Shown here: in pieces, positions 40,972 through 51,419 of the stretch | How the letters are laid out: each line of letters opens with the position of its first letter | Numbering within the stretch: the stretch's first letter is position 1 | NCBI GenBank assembly: GCA_963815215.1 | Contig: CAWFFU010000004.1 | Coordinates: 32,001 to 96,000 of the forward strand | DNA from: an uncultured Trueperaceae bacterium | GTDB lineage: Bacteria > Deinococcota > Deinococci > Deinococcales > Trueperaceae | Reading direction: 5' to 3' | DNA: 64,000 nucleotides | Position numbers and translations under genes: made by a program | The notes under the pieces: model-generated | Seen by the model: the letters and a program-made list of their open reading frames with translations, nothing else | Databases searched by the model: none | What the model was told of the DNA's origin: nothing

Positions 40972-41333
40972 GAGCGCACGCCCGACCATGGCGCCGCCGC
41001 GGCGGCGCTGCTCAGCTCGCGGTGCACCAGCGCCACGCCCTCCGGCACCAGCACGATCGCGGTGAAGGCGACGAAGACGGCCAGGCCGACCAGCGTCGCG
41101 CGGTGGAAGAACACCGAGTAGACGTCCTCGCTGCGGCGCACGCGGCGGTACAGCAGGCCCGCCAGCAGCAGTTGCGTGACGACGAGTACGGCCAGGGCCG
41201 CAAGGGTGCCTAGCGTCCCGAGCCACGGCAGCGGGTACTCGACCAGCGCGGACACGAGATAGGTGACGATCAGCAGGCCGGCGGCGGTGGCCGCGAGCGC
41301 TGCGGTGGGGGGGCGGGGGATGGCGTCTGCCAT
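40968..41333 (-). CDS. Hypothetical membrane protein (3 TM)
   Basis: Three hydrophobic stretches; stop overlaps the HAD start (GTGA). Confidence 0.6.
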   Translation of the reverse strand: MADAIPRPPTAALAATAAGLLIVTYLVSALVEYPLPWLGTLGTLAALAVLVVTQLLLAGLLYRRVRRSEDVYSVFFHRATLVGLAVFVAFTAIVLVPEGVALVHRELSSAAAAAPWSGVRS

Positions 41334-41520
41334 AGTGCCTTCATCGAGGCCCGACGCGCCGCGGGAGGCCGTTCGTGCTGCCTGCTCCCGGCGGGGCCGT
41401 GGTGTGCCGTGCGGCGCGGGCGGCCCGCGCCCTGAGGGGGCGACCGCTGCACACGCCGCACGCATGATACAGGGGAGCCGACGGCTCGTGGGCTCGGCGA
41501 CGGACGCTCGCGTCACGGCC

Positions 41521-41562
41521 CGGGGTCACGATTCCGGGGTCACGATTCCGGGGTCGCGGTTC
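41521..41562. repeat. 14-bp tandem repeat x3
   Basis: cggggtcacgattc x2, then cggggtcgcggttc. Confidence 0.85.
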
Positions 41563-41578
41563 CAGGGCGCCGGCGGCG

Positions 41579-43066
41579 CTAGCCGTCGCGGTAGGCCGCG
41601 GCCTCGGCGAGCTGCGCCTCCCCCACCCCCCGCTCGCCGGCGAGGTCGGCCACCGTGCGCGCCACCCGCAGCACTCGCTCGTAGCCTCGTCCCGTGAGCC
41701 GGAGCCGGCCGATCAGCTCGTGCGCGAGGCGGTGTGCGCCGCTCGTCAGCGCCGCCGACCGACGCAGCTCGGCGCCCGCCAGGGCGGCGTTGAGCGCGCC
41801 CTGGCGCTCGAACATGCGCCGCCGGGCCGCGAGCACGCGGCGGGCGACGGCCGCCGAGGCCTCGCCCGGGGCCCGGGCCAGCACTTCGCCCGGCGTGAGC
41901 CGGGGCAGCCGCACGCGCAGGTCGAAGCGGTCCAGCAGTGGCCCCGAGACGCGCCGTTGGTAGCGCTGGCGCTCGCCGGGAGGGCACACGCAGGGCTCCA
42001 GCGGATCGCCGTCGTAGCCGCAGGCGCACGGGTTGCGGGCCGCCACCAGCAGGAAGCGGGCGGGGAAGGTGACGCTGCCTCCGACCCGCGAGATTGTGAC
42101 ACGGCCCTCCTCGAGCGGTTGCCGCAGGGCTTCGAGGGTGCGGCGGCCGAACTCGGGCAGCTCGTCCATGAACAGCACGCCGCGGTGGGCGAGGCTGGCC
42201 TCGCCGGGGCGCGGCGGCGAACCGCCGCCGACCACGCCGCCCTGCGAGCTGCTGTGGTGCGGGCTGCGCAGGGGAGGGTGCCGGACCAGCCCGTGCCCGG
42301 CCAACAGGCCCGCCGTGGAGTGGATGCGCGTCACCTCGATCGCCTCGTCCTCCGTGAGCGGAGGCAGGAGGCCGGCGAGGCGGCGGGCCAGCATGGTCTT
42401 GCCCGCGCCCGGTGGCCCGGTGAGGAGGAGGTTGTGGGCGCCGGCCGCAGCGATCTCCAGGGCGCGACGTCCGCCGGCTTGCCCGCGCACGTCGACCAGA
42501 TCGGGGACGGAGGGGGCGGGCGCGGGCGGGCCTGGGGTGCATGGCACCAGCACCAGGCGGCCGCGGAGGTGGTCGGCGGCCTCGGCCAGGGTGCGCGGAG
42601 CCAGCACCCTCAGCCCCTTCACGGCCGCCACCTCGGGCGCGTTCAGGGGTGGGGCCAGTACCGTGCGATGCCCCCGCTCCGCGGCCAGCAGGCCGATGTT
42701 GATGGCCCCGCGCACGGGTCGCAGGGTGCCGTCGAGCGCCAGCTCGCCGAAGGCCAGCGTGCCCTCCAGGGCGCGGGCAGGCAGCCGGCGTTCGGCGGCG
42801 AGCAGGGCCAGCGCGATCGGCAGGTCGAAGGCAGGCCCCTCTTTGCGGATGTCGGCGGGCGCCAGGTTCACCGTGATACGGCTGGGTGACATGGCGGCGC
42901 CCAGGTGCTTGAGCGCGGCGCGCACGCGTTCGCGCGACTCCTGCACGGCCGCGCCCGGCAGCCCCACTACCGTGAACGAAGGCAGGCCGCCGCTCACGAA
43001 CACCTCGACCCGCACCTCCAGTGCGTCGACGCCGACGACGGTGGCGGACAGGGTGTGGGCGAGCAT
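41579..43066 (-). CDS. comM: YifB/ComM Mg-chelatase-like AAA+ ATPase
   Basis: [49 protein letters not shown]. Confidence 0.92.
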   Translation of the reverse strand: MLAHTLSATVVGVDALEVRVEVFVSGGLPSFTVVGLPGAAVQESRERVRAALKHLGAAMSPSRITVNLAPADIRKEGPAFDLPIALALLAAERRLPARALEGTLAFGELALDGTLRPVRGAINIGLLAAERGHRTVLAPPLNAPEVAAVKGLRVLAPRTLAEAADHLRGRLVLVPCTPGPPAPAPSVPDLVDVRGQAGGRRALEIAAAGAHNLLLTGPPGAGKTMLARRLAGLLPPLTEDEAIEVTRIHSTAGLLAGHGLVRHPPLRSPHHSSSQGGVVGGGSPPRPGEASLAHRGVLFMDELPEFGRRTLEALRQPLEEGRVTISRVGGSVTFPARFLLVAARNPCACGYDGDPLEPCVCPPGERQRYQRRVSGPLLDRFDLRVRLPRLTPGEVLARAPGEASAAVARRVLAARRRMFERQGALNAALAGAELRRSAALTSGAHRLAHELIGRLRLTGRGYERVLRVARTVADLAGERGVGEAQLAEAAAYRDG

Positions 43067-43290
43067 CGGGGTCAGGCTAGCGCAGCGTCCCGGCGGCGTC
43101 GGGCACGCACGCGGCGCGGGCCGGGGGGCTCTCGGCAGGTGCCGCGCGGCCGCTCCACACGCGTCGGTGCACGTCGGCGGGCGTGGCGGCGTGAGCGCGG
43201 TCGCACGGCGGCGCCGGGAACCTTGCTAGACTCACGCGGTCGACACCACGCCGACGATTCACGTTCACCCCAACGAGGAGGCCGTCCCGT

Positions 43291-43974
43291 ATGAGAACCT
43301 TCCGTACCGTCATCATCGTGGGAGCACTCGCACTGCTCGTGAGCGCCTGCAGCGCGCTCATCCCCGACCAGACGATGAACAACCCGCTCGGTCTGGACAA
43401 CACCACGCTCGCCCTGAACAGCGTGAGCACCGCTGCGCTCAACCAGCAGGCCGCGACGTCGACGACCTTCTCGGGGAGCACCAGCACGACCTTCCCGAAC
43501 CAGGATCTGAGCAGCAAGCCGAGCTGGGCCAATCCCAACGGCTTCACGTCCGACATCTCCGCGCTCGGCGTGACGATCAAGCCCGGTGACGCCACCACGC
43601 TCCCGCAGACCCTCCACGTCACCCGGGTGACGTTGGCACTCAACGTCGCGGACGGCTCGGGCACGCCGTCGTTCACGTGGAACTACGATTCGGGCGCGCT
43701 CTCGCAGATCCTGGTGCTGACACGGAGCAGCTGCAGCACGACGATGGCCGATGGCTGCACCTACACCGTCCAGGCCGGGTCGGACCTGAACGGCGCGTTC
43801 GTGCCGGTGAGCTTCACGGCGAGCCAGGTGAGCACCATGATGACCATCATCGGCGGCGGCACCAGCCCCAACGACGTGACCGCCGATGCCAGCGTCACGG
43901 TGGACCAGGGGTTGACGGGGGTCGGCGAGATGGACATCACCCTCGGCAATGCCACGGGAACGCTGAAGTTCTAG
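43291..43974 (+). CDS. Hypothetical lipoprotein (Thr/Ser-rich, beta-rich)
   Basis: GAGGAGG RBS; signal peptide with lipobox VSAC. Confidence 0.75.
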   Translation: MRTFRTVIIVGALALLVSACSALIPDQTMNNPLGLDNTTLALNSVSTAALNQQAATSTTFSGSTSTTFPNQDLSSKPSWANPNGFTSDISALGVTIKPGDATTLPQTLHVTRVTLALNVADGSGTPSFTWNYDSGALSQILVLTRSSCSTTMADGCTYTVQAGSDLNGAFVPVSFTASQVSTMMTIIGGGTSPNDVTADASVTVDQGLTGVGEMDITLGNATGTLKF

Positions 43975-43999
43975 GGCTCGAAGTTCTGAGCGTCGACAG

Positions 44000-44070
44000 C
44001 CGCGCCCGCTAGCAAGCGGGCGCGGCGGCGGGCCCACGCACGCCCTTGCGGCTGCGTGGGCCCGCCGCCG
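44000..44070. terminator. Tandem GC-rich hairpins between convergent genes
   Basis: 11-bp stem 44000-44025 (ccgcgcccgct/agcgggcgcgg) and 18-bp stem 44023-44070 (cggcggcgggcccacgca/tgcgtgggcccgccgccg). Confidence 0.65.
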
Positions 44071-44145
44071 TTGGGACGAGGGCGCGCGGCCGGGACTCGA
44101 GCGCGACCGGCTCGAGCCCGGCGTCAGTGCGGCGTCCGTGCGGCG

Positions 44146-45003
44146 TCAGTCCGGCTCGCTCCGCGCGATCATCCCGAATGTGCCAGGCCCGACGTGGCTG
44201 GTGAGCACCGCGCCGATCCGGTAGAAGCCGCTGAAGCGCACCTCCACGCCCTTCTGCTCGACCGCGGCGCGCAGGCGCTCGACGGCCGACCGGTCCTCCA
44301 CGTGGATGTAGTCGATGGTGAGCGTCTCGCCGGGACGCGCGGCCGCGAAGGCGGCCAGCCGGTCGACCATCTCCTGAACCGCCTTCTTCATGCCCCGCGC
44401 CCGCGTCATCGGCTCGAGGAGTCCGTCCGCCAGCGTGAGGATGGGCTTGATGTTGAGCAGGCTGCCCACCAGGGCACTGGCTCGGCCGATCCGCCCGCCC
44501 TTCTGGAGGTAGTCGAAGGAGGCAACGGTGAACGCGATGAAGGTGTTGTCGCGCATGCCGGTCAGGCCGGCCTCGATCTCCTCGAAGGAGGCGCCGCGGT
44601 CGCGCAGGCGCGCCGCCGTCCGCACCATGGCGCCGTGGCCCAGGCTGGCCGAGCGACTGTCGAACACGACCACGCGGGCGCTCACCGCATCGCTCGCGGC
44701 GACCGCCGACTGGTAGGTGCCCGACAGCTCCGCGCTCAGGGTGACGACGAGGATGGTGTCCGCCCCCATCTCCACGGCTTCGCGGTAGGCGGACGCGAAA
44801 TCCTCGGGGTTCGGCTGGCTGGTGGTGGGTAGGTCCGCGCCCTCGGCGACGCCGCGGATGATCGCGGCCGGCTCGATGTCGAGCCAGTCACGGAAGGTGT
44901 CGCCCTTGAAGGTCACGTACAGCGGCACCCGCAGGATCCCGAGTTGTTCCAGCTCGTCGACGTGCAGATCGGTGGTCGAGTCGGTCACGATGGCCAGGTT
45001 CAT
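44146..45003 (-). CDS. DegV-family fatty-acid-binding protein
   Basis: IVTDST, PTTSQP, LSGTY, DS, YLQKGGRIG, IKPIL, HVGPG. Confidence 0.92.
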   Translation of the reverse strand: MNLAIVTDSTTDLHVDELEQLGILRVPLYVTFKGDTFRDWLDIEPAAIIRGVAEGADLPTTSQPNPEDFASAYREAVEMGADTILVVTLSAELSGTYQSAVAASDAVSARVVVFDSRSASLGHGAMVRTAARLRDRGASFEEIEAGLTGMRDNTFIAFTVASFDYLQKGGRIGRASALVGSLLNIKPILTLADGLLEPMTRARGMKKAVQEMVDRLAAFAAARPGETLTIDYIHVEDRSAVERLRAAVEQKGVEVRFSGFYRIGAVLTSHVGPGTFGMIARSEPD

Positions 45004-45134
45004 ACTGCTCCCTCGTCGGACCGTCCATCCCCCGGCCGGTCACGGTGCGCGTGTCGGACGTGACCGCAGTCTACCGCTCCGGTGGCGCAGCGGCGCGGGC
45101 GGGCGGCGGCCCGCGCCGCGCAGTGAGGACGCGT

Positions 45135-46157
45135 TCAGGGGGTGGGGGGCGCGGCCAGCGCCCCCTGGGCGATGAGATGCTCGGCGATCTGTACGGCGTT
45201 GAGAGCTGCACCCTTGCGGATCTGGTCGCCTGCCACGAACAGCGCCACCGCCCCGTCCAGGCTGGCGTCGGCGCGGATGCGGCCTACCAGGACCTCGTCC
45301 CCGCCCGAGGCGTCGAGGGGCATGGGGAAGGTGTTGCGGACGCGGTCGTCGACCACCCGGACGCCGGGGGCCGCGGCCAGCGTCTCGCGGGCCTCGTCGG
45401 CCGACACCGGCCGCCGGAACTCGGCGTGGATGGCCTCGCTGTGGGCCCGGAAGACCGGCACCCGCACGCACGTCGCGCTCAGGCGCAGTGCCGGCTCGGC
45501 GAGGATCTTGCGCGCCTCCAGCAGCAGTTTGCGCTCCTCGACGTTATAGCCGTCCTCGCCCACGTCGCTGTCGTGGCTGAAGAGATTGAAGGCGATCCGG
45601 TGCTGGAACTTCGACGGCCTCGGCTCGCCGCCGGCGAGCGCCGCCCGCGTCTGCTCGCGCAGCTCCTCGATGCCGGCGGCCCCGGCGCCGGAGACGGCCT
45701 GGTAGGTGGCGACGGTGGCCCTCACCAGGCCGAAGGCCCGGTGCAGGGGCGCCAGCGCCATCAGCGCGATGATGGTCGAGCAGTTGGGGTTGGCGATGAT
45801 GCCCCGATGGCTCAGCGCCGCCTCGCCGTTGGCCTCCGGGACCACCAATGGGACGCGCTCGTCCATGCGCCAGGCGCTGGTGTTGTCGATGACGACGGCG
45901 CCGTGCTCGGCCCAGCGCCAGGCGTGCTGCTTGGAGACCTGCCCGCCAGCCGACGAGAAGACGACGTCGGCATCGAGGTCGCCGCCTTCGGGGAGCGGCA
46001 GTACCGGCAGCGCCTCGCCGCGGAACGGCAGCGTCCGACCCGCCGACCGGGGGGAGGCGTAGAGCGCGAGCGACGTCAAGGGGAAGCGCCGCTCGTCGAG
46101 GATCCCAAGGAACTCGGTCCCGACGGCGCCAGTGGCGCCCACGATCGCTACCCGCAT
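45135..46157 (-). CDS. asd: Aspartate-semialdehyde dehydrogenase
   Basis: VGATGAVG, IDNTSAWRM, NPNCST, YQAVSGAG, CVRVPV, KGAALNAVQI. Confidence 0.95.
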   Translation of the reverse strand: MRVAIVGATGAVGTEFLGILDERRFPLTSLALYASPRSAGRTLPFRGEALPVLPLPEGGDLDADVVFSSAGGQVSKQHAWRWAEHGAVVIDNTSAWRMDERVPLVVPEANGEAALSHRGIIANPNCSTIIALMALAPLHRAFGLVRATVATYQAVSGAGAAGIEELREQTRAALAGGEPRPSKFQHRIAFNLFSHDSDVGEDGYNVEERKLLLEARKILAEPALRLSATCVRVPVFRAHSEAIHAEFRRPVSADEARETLAAAPGVRVVDDRVRNTFPMPLDASGGDEVLVGRIRADASLDGAVALFVAGDQIRKGAALNAVQIAEHLIAQGALAAPPTP

Positions 46158-46306
46158 GCTTCCTCCTCGACCCGGCGGCGGTGCCGACGGACGCGCGCCC
46201 TGTCGGGGCTCCAGGTGCAGGAGTGTAGCATGCGTCGCGCCGCGCTCCTGCGGCCCCCACGGCTCCGCACGGTTCCGCATGGGCCCCAGGCCGTAGCATG
46301 GGGATC

Positions 46307-46594
46307 ATGACGCCCACACCGTGCGCGCCCGTTCGAGGGGGGAAGGTGGATTGGCAGGCGCTCGAGAGCTGCATCCCGCTCGACGAGCTGCCTTCGTTCC
46401 ACCGTGCCTTCCTGCAGAGGCTCGAGCCCGGCGAGGACTGGCAGAACGCCTTCCTCCGCCGTGTTCAGGGCAAGGTGCAGGCGTCGCTCAAGCGGCTCCT
46501 GCGCGAAGGCGCGGCAGGCTACGAGGACGGGCGCTACTGGCTCGATGCCGGCCTGGTCCCTCCACCGTACCGGGGCTACCTGATGGAGGAGTGA
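46307..46594 (+). CDS. Hypothetical protein (95 aa)
   Basis: Leaderless TAGCAT 46294-46299 + 7 nt + ATG; protein-like composition; stop overlaps the proB start. Confidence 0.65.
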   Translation: MTPTPCAPVRGGKVDWQALESCIPLDELPSFHRAFLQRLEPGEDWQNAFLRRVQGKVQASLKRLLREGAAGYEDGRYWLDAGLVPPPYRGYLMEE

Positions 46595-47700
46595 CGGTGG
46601 AGAAGCGCCTCCGCCGTTTCGTCGTCAAGGTCGGCACCAGCTCCATCACCGATCGGAGCGGCCGCATCGCGCCGCCGTTGATGTGGGCCATCGCGCGCGG
46701 CGCCACCGTGCTCGCCGACGAGCACGGTGCGCACTTCGTGCTGGTCTCCTCGGGTGCGGGCGCGGCGGGCCGGGAGGGGCTGGGCCTGGAGCTGCCGTTG
46801 ACGCTCCCCGACAAACAGGCGGCGGCCGCGGTAGGGCAGACGCTGCTGATGCTCGACTGGTCGCGCGCGCTGGCGCCCCGGCCGGTGGCCCAACTCTTGC
46901 TGTCGGCCGGCGACGTGCAGGACCGCGAGCGGTACGTCAACGCCAAGCACGCTCTGGAAGCGTCGCTGCGGCTCGGCGCCGTGCCGGTGGTGAACGAGAA
47001 CGACAGCGTCGCCACCAGCGAGTTGAAGCTGGGCGACAACGACACCCTGTCGGCCTGGGTGTCGTACCTGGTCGACGCCGACGCGCTGATCATCCTCACG
47101 GACGTGGACGGCCTGCACGACGCGGATCCGCGTCGACACCCGGACGCGCGCCGCATCGATGTCGTGCGCGACGTGTCGGAGGTCGAAGCGTTGGCAGGCC
47201 GCAGTGGCGACCCGCGCGGGACCGGCGGCATGGCCACCAAACTGCGGGCGGCGCGCATCGCCACCGAGGCCGGCATCGAGACGTTGGTCATCGGCGGCGG
47301 GGGCGCCGGGCTCGAGGCGTTGGCCCGCGGCTCGGTGCGCGGCACGCGCTTCCTGGCGCGGGCGCGCACCCCGGCCCGCAAGGCCTGGATCGCGCAGCAG
47401 CCGAGGCGCGGTGCGGTCGAGGTCGACGTCGGCGCCGCCGCGGCTCTGCGACGCGGGCGCAGCCTGCTCCCGCGGGGCGTGCTGGCGGTTCGGGGCAGCT
47501 TCGGCTTCGGCGAGGCCGTGTCGGTGGAGCACCGAGGCGAGGTGCTGGGGGTGGGGCTCAGCAACTTCGCCAGCGACGCGCTGACGCGCATCTGCGGGCG
47601 TCACACCTCCGAGATCGCCGACATCCTGGGCGCCAAGGATTTCGACGAGGTGGTCCACCGCGACAATCTGGCGCTGGCCGACGGCGCGACCGGCCCCTGA
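46591..47700 (+). CDS. proB: Glutamate 5-kinase with PUA domain
   Basis: VVKVGTS, VSSGA, AAAAVGQ, NENDSV, GDND, GTGGMATK, VHRDNL. Confidence 0.93.
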   Translation: MTVEKRLRRFVVKVGTSSITDRSGRIAPPLMWAIARGATVLADEHGAHFVLVSSGAGAAGREGLGLELPLTLPDKQAAAAVGQTLLMLDWSRALAPRPVAQLLLSAGDVQDRERYVNAKHALEASLRLGAVPVVNENDSVATSELKLGDNDTLSAWVSYLVDADALIILTDVDGLHDADPRRHPDARRIDVVRDVSEVEALAGRSGDPRGTGGMATKLRAARIATEAGIETLVIGGGGAGLEALARGSVRGTRFLARARTPARKAWIAQQPRRGAVEVDVGAAAALRRGRSLLPRGVLAVRGSFGFGEAVSVEHRGEVLGVGLSNFASDALTRICGRHTSEIADILGAKDFDEVVHRDNLALADGATGP

Positions 47701-47728
47701 ACGGCTCCGGTGGTAGCATGGCGGCGAC

Positions 47729-48184
47729 ATGCGCGGCCGCAAGCAACTCGCCTTCGTCTCCGCCGGCCTCACGCTGGCGTGGGGCTTGCTCGGCCTGCTG
47801 AACCCCCTGCTGGTGATCCGGATCGTGGGCCTGGACGTGGTCGATCCGCGCGGCCTCAGCGAAGCGCGGGCGCTGTTCGGCGCGCTCTTCGTGGTCATGG
47901 GGGCGGTCATGCTGTGGGCGGCGTCGGTGCGCTCGGCGCCCCCCGTCTACCTGCGGCTTCCGGGTCTGTTGATCACCGCCGAGGCCGTGGGCCGGTTCGC
48001 CAGCATGGTCATCGACGGCGTGCTCTCGCCGCTGAACTTCGTGTTCCTGGTCGTCGAGCTGCTCATCGGCGTGCTCGCGCTGGTGGCCAGTTTCCCCGGC
48101 GAGGACGGCCGCGGCGCGCGCGCCGCGGCGGGGCCGGAACCGGACGCGGATCGGCCGGACCCCCTGCGCGCCTATCGCGGCTGA
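47729..48184 (+). CDS. Small membrane protein (DUF4345-like)
   Basis: Four hydrophobic segments; SEARALFG and GRFASMVIDG pattern. Confidence 0.6.
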   Translation: MRGRKQLAFVSAGLTLAWGLLGLLNPLLVIRIVGLDVVDPRGLSEARALFGALFVVMGAVMLWAASVRSAPPVYLRLPGLLITAEAVGRFASMVIDGVLSPLNFVFLVVELLIGVLALVASFPGEDGRGARAAAGPEPDADRPDPLRAYRG

Positions 48185-48211
48185 GCCGCCGCCTTCGAGG
48201 AAGCCTGCGCC

Positions 48212-49405
48212 ATGACCGGAGCCCCACCCGACGGAACCCGTTTCGTGCCCCCCGCCCTGGCGGCGGCGCGCGCGCGCACGCTGGAGCGCCTCCACGATCT
48301 CTACCTCCGCTGGGGGTACCGGCTCGTGGAGGTGCCTTCGCTGGAGCACTACGATCCGGCGCATCCACGGGCCGAGCAGTCGTTCAAGCTCTCGGATCGG
48401 GACAGCGGCGTGCTCGCCCTGCGCTCGGACTTCACGCCCGCGCTGGCCCAGCTGGTCCGGTCCACCTTCCCCGGCGCGGCGGCGGGGGAGGGGCGGGCGC
48501 TCCGGTTGCGCTACAGCGGCACCGTGTGGCAGGCCATCCACCCCGAGCTGGCACGGACCCGCGAGTTCACCCAGGTCGGTATCGAGCTGGTGGGGGTGAG
48601 CCACGCCCGGGCCGACGCCGAGCTCATCCACCTGGCGCGCGAGTCGGTGCGCACGGTGGGGCTGGCGCCCCGCGTCGAGATCGGCAACCCAGGGTTCGTG
48701 CGGGCGTTGTTCGACCTCGCAGCGGTGCCCGAGTGGCGGCGGGAGTTGCTCGCCGACGCCATCGATCGCAAGGATCGCAGCGACATCCGGACGCTGCTCT
48801 CGGAGCTGGCGCTCGACGGACGGGCGGCCGCAGCGCTGCTGGAGGTGCCCGACCTGTACGGCGGCAACGGTGTCCTGGACGAGGCGCGACGGCTGGCTCC
48901 GTGGCCCGAGGCGCGGGCCGAGATCGACCGCCTGGAGGGCGTGGTGGAGCAGTTCGAGGACGACAGCGAGCTGCTGCTCGACCTCGGCATGGCGCGCCGC
49001 CTTGCCTACTACACCGGGGTGACCTTCCGCGCCTACACCTTCGACTTCGGCCAGCCCCTGCTGGGCGGGGGGCGCTACGACGGTGCTCTGCTGCCGCACG
49101 CCGCCGGCTTCTCCATCGGCCTGGAACGCCTCCTGAGCGCCCTGCCCGGTCCCGAGTCGGAGACCCGTCCTCGGGTGCTGGCTACCGACGACGCGGCGGC
49201 CCGGCGGCTGCGCGCTGCCGGCGTAGTGGTGGTGCGGGCGTCGGGAGGCGATCGCGCCGAGGCCTCGGCGGAGGCGCAGGCCCTGGGCGTACCCTTCGTG
49301 CTGCACGACGGCGCCGTGGAGGCCGTGGCCGGCGGCGGCGACGCCGAGCTGCGCGAGCTCCGGCTCGTGCTGGACGCCCCGGGCGGGGAGGTGGACGGTG
49401 ACTGA
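48212..49405 (+). CDS. hisZ: ATP phosphoribosyltransferase regulatory subunit
   Basis: HisRS-like [27 protein letters not shown]; directly upstream of short hisG. Confidence 0.9.
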   Translation: MTGAPPDGTRFVPPALAAARARTLERLHDLYLRWGYRLVEVPSLEHYDPAHPRAEQSFKLSDRDSGVLALRSDFTPALAQLVRSTFPGAAAGEGRALRLRYSGTVWQAIHPELARTREFTQVGIELVGVSHARADAELIHLARESVRTVGLAPRVEIGNPGFVRALFDLAAVPEWRRELLADAIDRKDRSDIRTLLSELALDGRAAAALLEVPDLYGGNGVLDEARRLAPWPEARAEIDRLEGVVEQFEDDSELLLDLGMARRLAYYTGVTFRAYTFDFGQPLLGGGRYDGALLPHAAGFSIGLERLLSALPGPESETRPRVLATDDAAARRLRAAGVVVVRASGGDRAEASAEAQALGVPFVLHDGAVEAVAGGGDAELRELRLVLDAPGGEVDGD

Positions 49406-50018
49406 GGTGCCCACCCTGACCCTGGCGCTGCCCAAGGGGCGCGTGATGCAGGAGGCGTTGAGCGTGCTGCGGGGCGCCGGGTTGCGGCTCGAGCTCCCGC
49501 CCGACGAGCGCGCGTTGCGGTTCGACGCCGGCGATGCGGAGCTCATCGTGATGCGCAACGCCGACGTCCCCACCTACGTCGATCTGGGCGTGGCGGACGC
49601 CGGCGTGGTCGGGAAGGACGTCCTGGCCGAGGCCGGGAGCACGCTCTACGAGCCGGTGGACCTGCGCTTCGCAGGCTGCCGCCTATCGCTCATCCGGCCG
49701 CGCGGTGCGACGGGCGCGGTGGGCCGGGTGGCCAGCAAGTACCCGCGGTTGACGGCTGAGTACCTGCGTCGGATGGGGAGCTCGGCGGAGGTGGTGCGCC
49801 TCGCGGGCAACGTCGAGCTGGCCTGCCTATCGGGGCTCGCCGACGCCGTCGTCGACGTGGTGCAGACGGGCGCCACGCTGCACGCCAACGACCTGGAGGA
49901 GGTCGATGTCATCCTCCACTCGAGCGCCCGCTTCGTGGTGAACCGGGCGGCGCTGAAGCTCAAGGCGGAGCGGCTGCGCCCGCTGATCGCCGCGCTACGC
50001 GATGTGAGCGGGGCCTGA
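49398..50018 (+). CDS. hisG: ATP phosphoribosyltransferase (short form)
   Basis: [38 protein letters not shown]. Confidence 0.93.
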   Translation: MTEVPTLTLALPKGRVMQEALSVLRGAGLRLELPPDERALRFDAGDAELIVMRNADVPTYVDLGVADAGVVGKDVLAEAGSTLYEPVDLRFAGCRLSLIRPRGATGAVGRVASKYPRLTAEYLRRMGSSAEVVRLAGNVELACLSGLADAVVDVVQTGATLHANDLEEVDVILHSSARFVVNRAALKLKAERLRPLIAALRDVSGA

Positions 50019-50057
50019 CCAGGGTCCGAGCGGGACCCGGGCGCGCCCGGATCGGCG

Positions 50058-51167
50058 CTAGAACCAGCCGCGGCGCCGGAAGATCAGCAGCATCCCGATG
50101 GCGATGGTGATCATCAGCCCCCACAGGGCCGGGTAGGCCCAGGGCCACGCCAGCTCCGGCATGTGGTGGAAGTTCATGCCGTAGACGCCGACCAGGAAGC
50201 TGAGCGGTATGAAGATGGTGGCGATGATGGTCAGCACCTTCATGACGTCGTTCATGCGGTAACTGAGCGCCGACAGGTACATGTCGTGCAGGTTGGTGAG
50301 CATGTCGCGCAGGCTCTCGACCGTGTCGATGACCTGGATGGCGTGGTCGTGCGCGTCGCGCAGGTAGGTGATGGCGGTAGGCGACATGAGGTCGCCCTCC
50401 TCGCGCTCCAGGCCGGCGATCACCTCGCGCAAGGGCCACACCGCCTTGCGCACCACCAGCGTCTCGCGTTTTAGGTGGTTGACGCGCTGGAGCACCTCGG
50501 TGTCGGGGTTCTCCAGGATCCTGGCCTCGAGATCCTCGATGGCGTCGCCGTAGTCCTCGACCACCGTGAAGTAGCGGTCGATCACGATGTCGATGAGGGC
50601 ATAGGCGAGGTAATCCGCGCCCAGCTTGCGGAGCCGACCCTTGGCCTGCCTGAGGCGCTCGCGCAGGGGCTCGAACACGTCGCCCGGGTGTTCCTGGAAG
50701 GTCACCACCACGCCGTCGAGAAGGATCAGGCTGAGCTGCTCGTTCTCCAGCGCGGGCCCGCCGTCCTCGCCCTCGGAGGAGCCGTAGGCGAGCATGCGAA
50801 GGGCGATGTAGAGGTAGCGCTCGTAGTCCTCGATCTTGGGGCGCTGACCGAGGCTGACGATGTCCTCCATGGTGAGCGGGTGCAGCTCGAGGGCTGCCCC
50901 GACGTGCTCGATGATCTCGGTGCGGTGCACGCCGTTGACGTTGAGCCAGCGAATGCCCTTGGCCTCGCCCACGCGGCGCAGCGCCTCCTCGAGGGGCAGG
51001 TCGCGTCGCTCCTCGTAGCCCTCCACGTCGTAGCTGATGAGGTCGACGGTGACCGGTGCGTCGCGCGCCGGACCGGTGTAGATGACGCTCCCGGGCGAAC
51101 TGCCCACCGGGCCGGCGGACGACGCCAGGGGCGTCCGCCGGCGCCGGCCGCCCCGCGGGGCCGTCAC
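50058..51167 (-). CDS. corA: Magnesium/cobalt transporter CorA
   Basis: HPLTMEDI, QRPKIE, MKVLT, YGMNF, MPEL. Confidence 0.93.
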   Translation of the reverse strand: MTAPRGGRRRRTPLASSAGPVGSSPGSVIYTGPARDAPVTVDLISYDVEGYEERRDLPLEEALRRVGEAKGIRWLNVNGVHRTEIIEHVGAALELHPLTMEDIVSLGQRPKIEDYERYLYIALRMLAYGSSEGEDGGPALENEQLSLILLDGVVVTFQEHPGDVFEPLRERLRQAKGRLRKLGADYLAYALIDIVIDRYFTVVEDYGDAIEDLEARILENPDTEVLQRVNHLKRETLVVRKAVWPLREVIAGLEREEGDLMSPTAITYLRDAHDHAIQVIDTVESLRDMLTNLHDMYLSALSYRMNDVMKVLTIIATIFIPLSFLVGVYGMNFHHMPELAWPWAYPALWGLMITIAIGMLLIFRRRGWF

Positions 51168-51419
51168 GATCGGCGCGGCGAGGGCCCCGGCGACCGCCGG
51201 GACGCGCGCCGCGCCGGACCCTGTGGCATGGAGGCTGCGCTCATGGCTCCTCCAGCTTACTCGCCGGGTGCGCCGCGGACGCCTGCGAGTCGTCGTCGTC
51301 CGGTTATGGGGCCTCTATCCTGCAACCGTATTCACAGAGCGGCGCCGCGATCGGGGCACTTGCGGGCCGTTCCGAGGCCGGGTTATGGTCGCGTCACCCC
51401 CAGATGGAGGTGCATGTTC

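Noticed and set aside
50475..51419. Long N-terminal extensions in the ORF track (e.g. SBP from 50475, MFS from 40568, ALDH from 15537, HD-GYP from 29159)
   Set aside because: They overlap other real genes; downstream starts with RBS or -10 signals fit the family N-termini better.
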